A DNA stretch of 64,000 bases, taken from Octopus vulgaris. Its lineage: Eukaryota. Location of the stretch: NCBI GenBank assembly GCA_951406725.2, contig OX597820.1:24490001-24554000 (forward strand), read 5' to 3'. The notes below the pieces were generated by a model that saw only the letters and a list, made by a program, of their open reading frames with translations, made no database searches and was not told the origin of the DNA. Of this stretch, positions 40,455 through 53,537 are shown in pieces (position 1 is the stretch's first letter; the number at the start of each line of letters is the position of its first letter). Position numbers and translations under genes: made by a program.

Positions 40455-41380
40455 GTCAGTCATTTTTACTGTGGCCATGCTGGAGCACCGCCATTATGTG
40501 CGTCTTTCTTTTATTCTGTTATTCTTTCACGTCTTTCAGTCATTTGACCGCGGCTATGCTGGAGCATTGCCTTGAAGAATTTTAGTCGAACAAATCGACC
40601 CCTAGAGTATTTTTTTAAAGTCCAACAGTCTCTTGTGCCGAACCGCTAAGTTACAGGGGCGTACACTCAGCAGCATCGGTTGCCAAGCGGTGATGGATGA
40701 CAAACACAGATACAAAGGCACGTACACATACATACATATATACATACATACATGCGCGCGCACACACACACATACATATACGATAGGCTTCTTTCAGTTT
40801 TCGTCTACCAAATCCACTCACAAGGCTTTGGTCAGCCCAAGGCTATAGCAGAAGACACTTGCCAAAGTTACCCCGCAGTGGGACTGAACCTGGAACCACG
40901 TGGATGGGATGCAAGCTTATTAAATATTTGCGCACACTAAATGAGGTGCATGCATGACTCTCTGATTTAGAAGTTCACTTTGCAACCATGTAGTTTCGGG
41001 TTCAATCCAACATTCACAAGCGTCGTCTACTATATCTCTGGGCCGACCAATGACTTGTGAGTGAATTTGATAGACGGAAACTGTGTGGAAACCCGTAATA
41101 AATCTGTCTGTCTGTGTGTGTGTCTCTCTCTCTATCTCTCTCTCTATATATATCTGTCTATACACATATATATTAATATGTGTTGTACGTCTTTGTGATT
41201 TTGCTTGACGTTCCTCCACTACTTCGCAATCGCTGTTGGCTTGTTTACATCCTCGTAATTTAGCGGGTTAGTGGTTCAGCAAATCACTAATACAATGATT
41301 ACAAAGCTTAAAAAGACCTTCAAAGCAGTAGCCAAGCATGGCCACAGTCCATCGATTGAAAGAGGTAAAAGATAAAAGAT
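40455..41380. mobile_element. Head-to-head pair of SINE group B copies
   Basis: Minus copy ~40530-40918 (extra tail at 40455-40492), plus copy ~40945-41380. Confidence 0.8.
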
Positions 41381-41591
41381 TACTTTCATATTTTTATAAA
41401 TATTCTAAAGGCAAGGGTTTATAGAACGAAATAATTTTTATCTTGATGCATCATTAGTCATATTTCTGCTCATTTATAACACAATGTGCCACACATATTC
41501 TCATCAGAGAAAGAGTTTTTGAAAATGTGTTAAAAATATATACAAGGTTGGCCAAAGTCACCCGACAGTAAATAAAAATTCTATAAATTCT

Positions 41592-41980
41592 AGGTGCAGG
41601 AGTGGCTGTGTGGTAAGTAGCTTGCTTTACGAACCACATGGTTCCGGGTTCAGTCCCACTAAGTGGAACCTTGGGCAAATGTCTTCCACTATAGCCTCGG
41701 GCCGATCACATATGTATATATATACAGGTGTGTGTGTGTGTGTGTGTGTGTGTGTCTGTGTGTGTGTGTGTTTGTGTGTCTGTGTTTGTCCACCCCCCCC
41801 AACATCATTTGACAACCGACGCTGGTGTGTTTACTCCCCGTAACTTAGCGGTTCGTCAAAAGAGACCGATAGAATAAGTACTAGGTTTACAAATAATATG
41901 TCCTGAGCTCGGTTTGCTCGACTAAAGGCAGTGCTCAAGCACGGCCGCAGTCAAATGACTGAAACACATAAGAAAAGAAA
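41592..41980 (+). mobile_element. SINE group B
   Basis: aggtgcaggagtggctgtgtggtaag...gcagtcaaatgactgaaac. Confidence 0.9.
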
Positions 41981-42009
41981 AGCATACATCAATATATAAC
42001 TCTCAAAGT

Positions 42010-42210
42010 TTCGTACAAGGCTAGCATGTCCTGGGCACGGAGTGAGTCAATTACATCAACCTCAGTGCTCAACTGGTACTTATTTCTTATTTATGCTCTC
42101 CAAAAGAATAAAAGGCAAAGTCGAACTCGGCGGACTTGAACTAAGAACGTAAAGACGGACAAAATGCCGCTAAGCTCGCTGTGCTATCAATTTTGCCAGT
42201 TCGCCACCAG
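42010..42210 (-). mobile_element. SINE group A, diverged
   Basis: aaaggcaaagtcgaactcggcggacttgaact...tgccagttcgccacc. Confidence 0.8.
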
Positions 42211-42774
42211 TTCGTCTTCATCAATAGACCACGATTTTTTCTCGACTCCGTTTTTATAAATCTTCATGAGTATATAAAAACCAAAGCGGAAATAGGAGCA
42301 GAAGATGAGTGGAGGAAGAATGCTTTCTGATCACAAATAAAATATTCCCGTAACAGTCGTGGCACTTTGCCAGAGACTCTGCCCAATATTTGTTGTTTCT
42401 CTCTTTCTCTCTCACCCACCCTCCCTCCCTCTCTGTCTCTCTATTGTTTTAGGTTAACATCTAGGACATGTTACTTACTCATAAATAATTAATTGAAGAA
42501 TAGCAACGAGTCATTTTTATTGCTCAGCGACAAGTTTTTTTTTTATATATGTATATAAAAAAAGCAACAACTTTATATATTTGTATATTTTTCATAAGTA
42601 GGTCGCTTAGTAACTTGCAGAAAGTGACAAGTAGCACAAAGGGAGATAAATCACTTGAAATGGGAAACTAACACGCATTCTTGTCATTTTCAAATCCCAT
42701 AATTCAAACAATACATTCGAATATTCTGAGATAATTTCTGTTGCATACATAACTCACTTAAACAGTTATGTTTC

Positions 42775-42850
<76 letters not shown>

Positions 42851-42893
42851 TTATATATATATATGCATATATATACTCATATGTATGTATATA

Positions 42894-42932
<39 letters not shown>

Positions 42933-42948
42933 GTGATATAAATATACA

Positions 42949-42989
<41 letters not shown>

Positions 42990-43365
42990 ACATACATATA
43001 TATATACATATATATATATATATATGTATATGTATGTATATAAATATATATATATATATATGTATGTATATATATATATACATACATATATATATATATT
43101 TATATACATACATATATATATATATATGTATATATATATGTATATATATATATCTATATATATATATGTATATTTATATCTCGCATATATATATATATAT
43201 ATACATATATATATACATACATATGTGTATATATGTACATATATATATAAATCTGCATGTATATACATATATATGTGTGCGTGTTTAGTACACATATGTG
43301 TGTGCGTGTGTATAAATACACACAAAGACAAACATACACATATATATATATACACTCACATGTAT
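42775..43365. repeat. ~590-bp degenerate (TA)n tract
   Basis: Direct reading. Confidence 0.95.
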
Positions 43366-43924
43366 ATTTTATTTCATGTTTTAATGTCTCGTTTAAAACT
43401 TGCAATGAACATAAATACTGCGTATAAAACTGTAACTGAGAACAGAATGATACTAAGGGATAATAAATTAAATATCATTGCCGTCTCAATGTTATTCTCG
43501 TAGCAATTTGAATTTAATTCAATTTAAATTCTCGTGCATGTAATAAATGTGACTAACATAGTCGCAAGTGCTAAAATTTTAATGGCAGGGATTAGTGAAT
43601 TAAATCGACTCAATGCTGGAGTGGTATGTTATTGGTAAAATATCTTTCACCTGGGCGGTATTTAAACCAGAACATAAAGACTCATATCTAAATATCTCAA
43701 AGTATTTTGTCTGGAAGTGTTAGAATTCTGGAGTTTTAATGATTGTCTGTGCCATAGGTAAAAGAAAATTACTCCTCTACCATAGCCTCAACATTTCAAA
43801 TTAGAAACAATTTTTATAACATACAGTTGGTTTGCAGAGGCTCCACCATTAAAAGTTTTGCTTACAGAATCTAGGTTCCTTAATCAATCACTCATCTAAA
43901 TATTAATTTCGCTCTACGCTGCTT

Positions 43925-44172
43925 GTGAAGGCGCGTGGCTTAGTGGTTATGGTGCTGGACTCATGATAGTGAGATTGTTGTTTCGATTCCTACACCAGGC
44001 GCCGCAATGCGTTCTTGAACAAAACACTTCATTTCACATTTCTCCTGTCCACTCCACTCAGCTGGCAAAAATTAGTAATCCTGCGACGGACCGGTCTCCA
44101 GTCCAGGTGGGGAAAATAGACACCATGGAAACCGGGAAACCAACCATTATGGGTCGGCATGACTCGTGAAAG
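43925..44172 (+). mobile_element. SINE group C (head H2 + tail T3)
   Basis: gtgaaggcgcgtggcttagtggtta...ttcttgaacaaaacacttcatttcac...ctgcgacggaccggtctccagtccagg...ggaaaccgggaaacc. Confidence 0.85.
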
Positions 44173-45068
44173 TAATTTTATTTTTTTATTAATTTTTTTT
44201 ATCTACGTTGCTTAACTCCAGTGATCGAACGAGAACTGATATTTTCAACGTGATATTGCCTCTATAAGTTGATTTTTAGATTTCATACTTCCCGAGTCGA
44301 TAAAAAAATACCTGATAAAGTAAATAATAAGGTTTATCTAATCAGTTATCCACACCATCGAAATTAATGGACTTGTGCCTATGTCACGGAGAATCGTAAG
44401 TGCATTGGACAAAATGATTAACGGTATATGTCCCATATCGCCGAGATCAATTTTAACTTGTATTATTTCGAAATTGATAAAATGTAGTACCAGTCACTTA
44501 CTGAGATCGATCTAATCGACTAAGTTCCCTTCCTTTAAAATTGATGATCTTATGCTTAAGTTAGAAACAATTATGATTTATATTATTACAGAGTTGTGAG
44601 CTCAAAGGATAGTTTGACGGTCGGAAGAATAAGGCTTTGTAGTAGGTTCTCTGGCTCTTTAGCTTCTGAGCTGAATACCTACTGAAGTTAGTTTTGCTTT
44701 TCGTCACCTTCTGAGATCAATAAAAGAATGTATCAGTTAAGTGCTAGTGTTGATTTAACCGATTTACTCCCTCTCTTCAAATTTGCTGGCCTTCCACCTA
44801 GATCAGAAACCATTCCAAGCGGTTAGCTGGCAGAATTATTATAGCATCGGAAAAAATGGCTTGAGTTGTTCACCCCATTTCATTACCGTCTGGGATACAA
44901 ATATATCCGTCTCATATCAAGATAACCAGCACATAGCCTTGCAAGTGGGGGCCAGTTAGAATTTTCTTCAGGTCGAGCAGCTCATCACGTTCAAAAGGTT
45001 TCTGAATAAAGGTTGTTTAAGTATGAACGAAGCACCCATATTTCCAGTAGCGAATTATTCAAATCCTC

Positions 45069-45348
45069 TGTGTGGTAAGTAGCTTGCTTATGAACCACAT
45101 GTTTCCGGGTTCAGTCCCACTGCGTTGCACCTTGGGCAAGTGTCTTCTACTATAACCTCTGGCCGACCAAAGTCTAGTGAGTGGATTTGGTAGACGGAAA
45201 CTGAAAGAACACCATCGTATATATGTATATATAGAGAATAAGTACAAGGCTTACAAGGAATAAATCCTGGAGTCGATTTGCTCGACTAAAGGCAGTGCTC
45301 CAACATGGCCACAGTCAAATGACTGAAACAAGTACAAGACTTAAAGAG
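45069..45348 (+). mobile_element. SINE group B with internal deletion
   Basis: Head and tail match 62197-62880. Confidence 0.9.
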
Positions 45349-46428
45349 TAATCCCTTTCAACACTTGGCTATGATGCTGCCCCATTATTCCTGCTCTTGA
45401 TTAGAGATGCATATGTCGTCAGCTGCTAAGTGACATGCTCAACTGATTAAGGTCAAGCAACTGACAAACAAATCTGTGGTGCTGATCAGCAGTAGAAGTA
45501 TTTTAGAGCAGTGAACTAGCAGAATTGTTATTGTCACGAAAAATAAGCCCTTTAAGATCTGACTTAGAACTTTGCCGAAGTCAATTTTGCTTTTCATTAC
45601 CTTCAGACGTTAGTAAAAGCAGACTATAGCAGTCAGGTACACGGTTTGCTTTGAACAACTATACTTGTTTCGCCAAAATTATAGGCCTTGTACTTATGTG
45701 TTACAGACTGTTATGAATAACGTATTGTACTTTAACGAGAGTTACCAGAAGGGGATACAAGAACAATAAATATTTTAGAAGAAATAAATGCATCTTTCAT
45801 TAAAATTCGTATCTATTTTAGATGTCGGAGAAGAGATACATAGAATGATCATAGGAAAATAACAATTATCTGGGTGTGAGTTTGAAAAATGGGAGAACAA
45901 TAGACAGTCTGTAAAAATACATATTTTTCAAACAATATATAATGCTATTAAAAGTAATTGTCAGTTACCGGATGAATGGCTAATTCAGTGAATCTTGTGA
46001 CGTGGAAACAGCCATGCAAATAATTACAATTTCTATTGAAATATATGTGTGTGTGTGCCTGTGTGAGTGCGCGGGTGCGTGCTTGTTTGTGTGTGTGCGT
46101 GTGTATGTGTGTGTACATGCATGTATGTTTGTGTATGCATGTACTCAGGTATTGAAGATTGTTGTAGAGATATTATTATACGCTATCATCAAATCAATTT
46201 AATTATTCTATCGTATTAATGCATATAACTTGTTACACACGCACACACGCGCGTGCACACATACACACACACTCTCTCTCACACACATACACATCCATAC
46301 GCATTTACATTCATACAAATATATCCTTACATATATATATGTACATATTCATAGAAATGAATGTGTAAACATATGTGTATATACATATATGTGTGTATGT
46401 GTGTGTGCATTATATGTATAACTGCGTT

Positions 46429-46471
<43 letters not shown>

Positions 46472-46524
46472 ATATGCATACGTATATGTGAATACGTATG
46501 TGTATAAATACATACACAGACACA

Positions 46525-46575
<51 letters not shown>

Positions 46576-46872
46576 GTATGTATACACACGTATGTATGTA
46601 TACACGCATACATTCAATTAAATGTGTGTATTTGCAAATATGAAATTACATTCTGAAATACGCATAAATTCATTATTGACTTCATAATTGCAATTTATAC
46701 ACTGTCTTTCCTCCTACTCTCTCCCTCTCTCTCTTTTCTCTCTCTCTCTCGCTTTTCCCTTCTTTCTCCTTTTTTTCTTTCCCTCTTTCTCACCCTCTCT
46801 CTCTCTCTTCCTCTCTCTTTCTCTTTCCCTCACAAACGACCCTTTTCACATCTTGTATGCAATTACGTGTAT

Positions 46873-47175
46873 GTGGAGGCACATGGCCTAGTGGTTAGAG
46901 CAGTGGACTTGCGGTCGAGGGATCGCGGGTTCGAATCTCAGACCAGGCGATGTGTATATTTACGAGCGAAACACCTAAGTTCCACGTGGCTCCGGCAGAA
47001 GTTAATGGCGAAATTCTGCTGACTCTTTCGCCACAACTTTCTCTCACTCTATCCTCCTGCATCTTGCAGCTCACCTGCGACGGAGCGGCGTCCCGTCTAG
47101 GTGGGGTACCTATACGTCAAGGAAACCGGGAAACCTGTCCTTATGAGCCAGGCATGGCTCGAGAAGGAAGAAACA
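46873..47175 (+). mobile_element. SINE group C (head H1 + tail T3)
   Basis: A-box tggcctagtggttag, B-box ggttcgaatc, gagcgaaacacctaag, tail ctgcgacggagcggcgtcccgtctagg. Confidence 0.9.
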
Positions 47176-47669
47176 GCTAACGACTAACTTGCGTGTATGC
47201 ACGAATATTTGCGTGGTTTCATACTTCCATAGAAAGTACTACATTCTTTAATAGCGATGAAAAGATACCTTAGCACACATACTTGTATCAAGAACATTTG
47301 GGACACTCTACTTGCTAGATCTCCATAGAGCAAACCTGACCACGTATCCATGCAGGCAGGTACAGCACTAGGCAAGTGTTTTATGGTGGGCCATTATTTG
47401 TTACCAACACATACAAGTCTAACTTCTTAATACGCCATATTTTGACCACTACAACATTGACGTTTGCCTCAGAGCACAAAGGACATAAACTGTTACCGCA
47501 GAGATGCACGTGTCTCAGCCAGTCCACCACGTTTGGTCAGTAGTTTGTTTATCGACCCGATAGCAGGGAAGATAAAGGTGATCTCGGCAAGATTTGATCG
47601 CAAATCACAGTTAGATATACTAACGAACGCTTTAATAACTCGCTTCTCTCTATATGTTTATATGTCTTT

Positions 47670-47935
47670 TATTTTTTATTTGCTTCAGTCATTAGACTGC
47701 GGCCATGCTGGAGTTTCGCTTTGAAGTATTTTTAGTCGAATAGATCGACCCTATTACTGTTTTATTTTAAAGTCTTGTACTTATTTTATCCATCACTTTT
47801 GCCGAGCCGCTAGTTTACGCAGACGTCAACCCAGCAACACCGGTTGTCATGCAGTTGTGGTGGGGGAGAAACACAAGCAGAGAAACACACACACACACAC
47901 ACATATATATATTCGACAAGTTTCTTTTCAATTTC
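47670..47935 (-). mobile_element. SINE group B, 3' half
   Basis: ttcagtcattagactgcggccatgctggag...ttttgccgagccgcta. Confidence 0.8.
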
Positions 47936-48061
47936 CTCTGTCTTCTGCATTATATATGTCTATGTATGTGTATGTATGTGATTGTGCGTGTGTGTGTGAA
48001 TGTATGTATGAATATATGCATAAACGTATATGTATATATATATATATATATTATTATTTAT

Positions 48062-48367
48062 TTATGCGCCCTTTCCAAGCCTAGCTAAGATCATGGGCCC
48101 GGTTTCCCGGTTTCTATGGCGTATGTGTTCCCCCCAAGCTGGACGGAACGCCAGTCCATCGCAGCGCTATTCAAGAAACAGGAAGAAAGAGTGAAAGAAA
48201 GTTGGGGCAAAAAAGTACAACAGAGGTCACCACCACCTGCCGGAGCCTCGTAGAGCTTTTAGGTGTTTTCGCTCAATAAACGCACACAACGCCCTGTCCG
48301 GGAATCGAAACTATGATCCTCCGACTGCGAATTCGTTGTCCTAACCACTGGGCCATTGCGCCTCCAC
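48062..48367 (-). mobile_element. SINE group C (head H1 + tail T3)
   Basis: Head matches 10330-10505; tail ccggtttcccggtttc...ctggacggaacgccagtccatcgcag. Confidence 0.9.
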
Positions 48368-49517
48368 ATATGTATATATGTATACATATATAATATATGG
48401 CATATGTTACCAAGCCATAATAACTCGCCAGTGGCCGTTCACTGTCCATTAAGTGTCGTGTTACGAGCCTAAGGGAAAACTTACATGCTGTCTGTGAAGT
48501 TTCGCTGCCCAGTGGCTGTGAACATTTCATTCAAAATTGATAAGACATACAACAATTCGTGAAAAGATTCCGCCACATTAACATCTATACTATGTTTGAA
48601 TCGGCTTGACTTCTGATTTTCTTATCCAACGTTTTATTTCTGTAATGTAGGAAAGCGTATATGTTTGAAATACATGTGTATGCAGACATCCTTATAAAGC
48701 TTTGCTAAGATATTTTTATCGTAAACATTTAGTGATTTAGTAATAATAACGAAGGAAGAAAATAGAGAGTATAATCTACTTTTTCGTTATTTTTTTCTCT
48801 CTGAAAAGAGAAGTTCGTTTCATATGAAGCTGAGAAATTTAGTAATATATTTATCTATACTGTAATTCTAAGACAGCTATTTTCAATATTTAGACTTTCT
48901 TTTCTATTGAAAATTCGTTTGCTTGACTTGGACATAGAGCAATCTATATCTTCCCGGGAGTTCGTTTGAAAAAAAAAATAATAAACATCTCTGACACACA
49001 CCGGGGGAAAATATAAAAAGATATTGTTTATATACATTATTCATGCTACTGTGTTATATACATTCCCACAGTTACCAATACTATAGATAACATTCATATT
49101 CAAATGTCAGTCAAACGATTTTTGCTACTAAGAAATCTTCATAAAAATACAACAAAAACTGCAACAGTAATAACACTGTATCCATTTAGCTTAGATCAAT
49201 TTTGTTACTAGACAGTTTGATTGAAAATATATATAAGTAATAAGAAGCAACATATCAAATGAAAGTTATCAATCAATAATACCACATATTTGCTATTGTT
49301 GTTTAAGCCCCCGGTCTTGATCGAACTAACTTCTGATCAAAGAAATTTCAGCCACGATTACCCGCACGGCCAGTACCACGGTATGCTGCGCCTTAGGCCA
49401 GCTCTACAACTTGTGCGTCATGAGAGCTCCTTCTTCCAAATCTGTTTCTAAGACTTCCTTCGGTCATCCACTTCATTAAGCCAGGCTAGAAATCTGTCGA
49501 GCAAGCATATATCTGAA

Positions 49518-49750
49518 GGCGGCAAGCTGGCGGAAACGTTGGCACGTCGGGCGAGATGCTTAGCGGTATTTCGTCTGCCGCTCCGTTCTGAGTTCAAATT
49601 CCGCCGAGGTCGACTTTGCCTTTCATCCTTTCGGGGTCGATTAAATAAGTACCAGTTACGCACTGGGGTCGATATAATCGACTTAATCCGTGTGTCTCTC
49701 TTTGTTTGTTCCCTCTGTGTTTAGCCCCTTGTGGGTAGTAAAGAAATAGA
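49518..49750 (+). mobile_element. SINE group A monomer (long tail) with TSD
   Basis: gcatat(a/g)tctga at 49505-49516 and 49755-49766. Confidence 0.9.
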
Positions 49751-50153
49751 TCATGCATATGTCTGAGTAAATATATTCTTGAGAAAATTTTGAAATATTT
49801 CCTACCAAAAAACTGCACCGTCGTCTCGATCACTGTTCTCTGTTTTGCATTATTCCAGAAGTGGAAGTCCTAAGTTCTCTTCATTTCCATGTTTTCGTAA
49901 TTTGAATTGGATATAGAAATTTTGGTAAAGATGTGGTGCACGTGATTTGAGCGCCCCTTCTTTGATGTCACTTACACTACTCGGTTCGTAGCTTCGGGCC
50001 CTAATATAAAGATTTAGCTCAGGAGCAGTTAAAAAAACAAAACAAAACAGGAATATGTTATTAAATGCGTTTTTTCCGAAGGCGGTAAAATGTGATTCGC
50101 TGGAATTTGAGTTGCGATTTCTAGCAGGCTTCACTGCGTATATGCTCTTATAA

Positions 50154-50184
<31 letters not shown>

Positions 50185-50391
50185 CATACATACACTAAAA
50201 ACTAAGAATATGGATACAAACTGCTAACCCCTAATTTTTACCTCTTTTACTTCCCCACAAATTCTTTCTAATATTTGATAAGATGGATACATCGAAACCG
50301 GTTATATATTAAATAATTCACTGTAACAAAAATATTAAATATTCCCTAAAATATATTTCTGTTCCTTTTCCAACTTTATTTACTTTTTTAA

Positions 50392-50444
<53 letters not shown>

Positions 50445-50586
50445 TATAAATAAGGGCAAACGAAAAAATTTCTAATGCCAAATATGCCGAAAAATTGGAC
50501 ATATTGTCGATTTACCATATAATTTTTTCCCAGTACGCACGCTACTCGAAAAAAGGTCGACAGAAATCTCTAAAAAATTCCATTAT

Positions 50587-50645
50587 TACCATATCGGACC
50601 GATTTCAGGGTTAGTTCAAAAAGAACCCTCCCTTCGTCAGTGATA
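50587..50645 (-). ncRNA. Type I hammerhead ribozyme motif
   Basis: Minus strand: tatca-CTGACGA-agggagggttc ttttt gaactaaccct-GAAA-tcggtccga-TA-tggta. Confidence 0.8.
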
Positions 50646-50868
50646 CATGTGGCAAAGAAGTAAATGAGATACTTACTCATACCAATGGAAGAAGCAAACA
50701 CTAAGTCATGATCACATCTAAGTACCCCAAATAAATCCAAAATAGAAATGCTCGAGCCCATTCAAGCCACGTGCGATTTGAACTGAGGCACTCACAGAGT
50801 GATCATAACTTAGTGTTTGCTTCTTCCATGGGTATGAGTAAGTATCTCATTTACTTCTTTGCCACATG

Positions 50869-50927
50869 TATCACTGACGAAGGGAGGGTTCTTTTTGAAC
50901 TAACCCTGAAATCGGTCTGATATGGTA
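50869..50927 (+). ncRNA. Type I hammerhead ribozyme motif
   Basis: tatca-CTGACGA(50874-80)-stem II-GAAA(50908-11)-tcg gtc tga-TA-tggta; one G-C changed to G-U in stem III. Confidence 0.75.
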
Positions 50928-51273
50928 ATAATGGAATTTTTTAGAGATTTCTGTCGACCTTTTTTCGAGTAGCGTGCGTACTGGAAAAAAAAATTTTGGT
51001 AAATGGACAATATGTCCATTTTTTCGGCTTATTTGGCGTTAGAAATTTTTTCGTTTGCCCTTATTTATAAGTTGTTTATAATTTAACGTTTAAAGGTATT
51101 TTTTAACATGCTGGCCAAAGATAAAATTTTTTTCGAAAACATTTTATCCTACATTAGATATATATATATATATATGCGAATGATTGGACAAACGAAAGAA
51201 GGGCACTCAACAAATTTATTGGGAGTTGAATGTATGGATCAAAAAAATTCGTTTGTGCTTTCGAGTTTCAAGC

Positions 51274-51339
51274 GTAATGCTAGTCGTCAGCCATTTTGAA
51301 TCTGAATTCAAATTAAAAATGGCTGACGATTAGCATCAC
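51274..51339. repeat. 24-bp inverted repeat overlapping a decayed HHR core
   Basis: gtaatgctagtcgtcagccatttt / aaaatggctgacgattagcatcac (22/24). Confidence 0.85.
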
Positions 51340-51358
51340 ATTAGAATTCGAATTTGAA

Positions 51359-51414
<56 letters not shown>

Positions 51415-51872
51415 TTGAACCATATATATATATAAATGATATTAAATTACCAATTATCATTTTATACACACACACATACATGTACGTATGTATGTATGTA
51501 TTTGTACGTACACATATGCATAGATGCTTAGTATCAATGTGCATGTATCGACGAGGTTGCAGATAAACGCGTCGAACATCAGTTCCGTACATGACATGTC
51601 ACTTTAGGTTGAGAGCGGCCTTACAGTTTGGCTTTGCCACATCGAAGAGAGAGAAAAAATACTGGGTCGATAAATATATAATCGAATACTATTTTCGTTA
51701 GTGTAGTCTGCTAAAATGATATCATGAGAGAGAGAATACACGCGCACGCCCACGCTCACACGCACATACAAATATATGTATATACATACATATATGTGTA
51801 TTTATAGATATACACACGCACAATCACCCGGAAACTCACATATATATACTTAAATGTGCATCTATCTGTCTG

Positions 51873-51910
<38 letters not shown>

Positions 51911-52030
51911 CATCTATCTATTTTTCTTTCTATCTATCTATCTATTTATCTATCTATCTAATCTATCTATCTGTATATATATATATATATAAACTTAGAT
52001 AAACTTATATATATATGTATATATACATAC

Positions 52031-52083
<53 letters not shown>

Positions 52084-53437
52084 TGTGCGTGTGTATGTAT
52101 GTATATTATGTAAGAAATAATGTTAAATGCATTACAAATTTTACATTTGTAAATAATACCTGAAGTGAGAAAATGAAAAAACAAAAATGACTATCTCTTT
52201 TTATCTCTCGTGGTCTCTATCTCTCTGTTTCTCTTCCTTTCAGTTCCTCTCTCTTCCTGTCCCTCTTTGTCTACCTCTGTTTCTTTCTCTTTCGGCTCCT
52301 TCTCCTCATTTCTGTCTGCCTAAAAAAAATAACATTCAAAGCAATTTACTTCCATTTATAACATGGGAACGTCTTAGTAGAATGTCTGGTTCTATAATCT
52401 TGATATTGTTTACCATTTGCCAGAACAAGAAATTTTTCTTCATAATACTTTATGGGTGGCGAACTGTTAGAGTCAGAATATGCATAGTGTTATTTGGGTC
52501 TCTTGTTTACGTTCTGGTTTCAAATGCTGCCGTGGTTACCTTTTCCTTCCATCCCTATGACAGGACAGTAACCTGATCCCAATGTCTACAACGGAGTGGT
52601 CGCCCTTGAAATGAAGTACCAGAAGATACTCATATAGACCATGCCAGATTAATTTTTAGCTCTAGAGTATATGAAACGTCTTATTCAACTTTATGCACTA
52701 TTAGATATTCACATCACTTTCTTTTATACGTTTATTTCTTCATCTAATCTATTATTCGCGCTCACTATTATTCCCTAATATTCTAGAATGATATGTTATT
52801 ATATTATTCCGTTTGTCTCATTGTCTATGATATATATTCTTTTATTAATTGATATCATATATGTACATATAAATACATATATAAACACACATACGCACAC
52901 ACGCGTATATACAAATAAGTACATACGTATATATATGCATATATATATATGTATATATATATATATGTATATATATATGTATATGTTAAAAGACACACAC
53001 AAACACGTATATTATTTTCCTTCGCCGTCTGTATATTTTGTATGCTATTGTTTCATTTTACCAATTCCTTCTAAGTTTGGTTTAATTATTTACTTATGTT
53101 TCAATCTTGTATTACTATTGCTTTTTTTCTTTTCTTTCTCTTTGTTTATTTTGTCTTTTGTCTATTATTAACCTTCCATTTATGCCCACCCTCCGGCACA
53201 TACACACTTCGCATTATTATTTCCTTTCATTTCTTAGTATTCCCAATTATTGCTGCCATTCTTTTATTCGCTTATATTATTTTAAAATATATTGCCTTTA
53301 GACACATATGTATATACATACATACATACATACATACATATGTATGCAGACACATGTACAGAGACATATTTGCATAATATACTAACGCATAAATATGCAT
53401 ACTTATATATTTATACCTACCTACCTACCTAACTACC

Positions 53438-53481
<44 letters not shown>

Positions 53482-53505
53482 TATATATACATACATACAT
53501 ATATA

Positions 53506-53537
<32 letters not shown>

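Larger units (their letters stand above)
50441..51156. mobile_element. Inverted pair of HHR-bearing Penelope-like pLTR (family P1) in (TA)n
   Basis: Arms 50441-50715 and 50799-51073, 83-nt spacer, ~80-nt unpaired extension to 51156; homologous to 9955-10815. Confidence 0.85.

Noticed and set aside
41541-41590. Tc1-like terminus tacaaggttggccaaagtcacccgac
   Set aside because: No partner TIR found; truncated by a SINE.
46876-46945. tRNA-like sequence with A and B boxes
   Set aside because: Continues directly into SINE body and tail and lacks a proper acceptor stem; a SINE head, not a tRNA gene.
52615-52686. CAGAAGA-tactc...gagta-tat-GAAA-cg-TC
   Set aside because: Core mismatch and no stem I; too weak to call as a feature, noted only as a possible relic.
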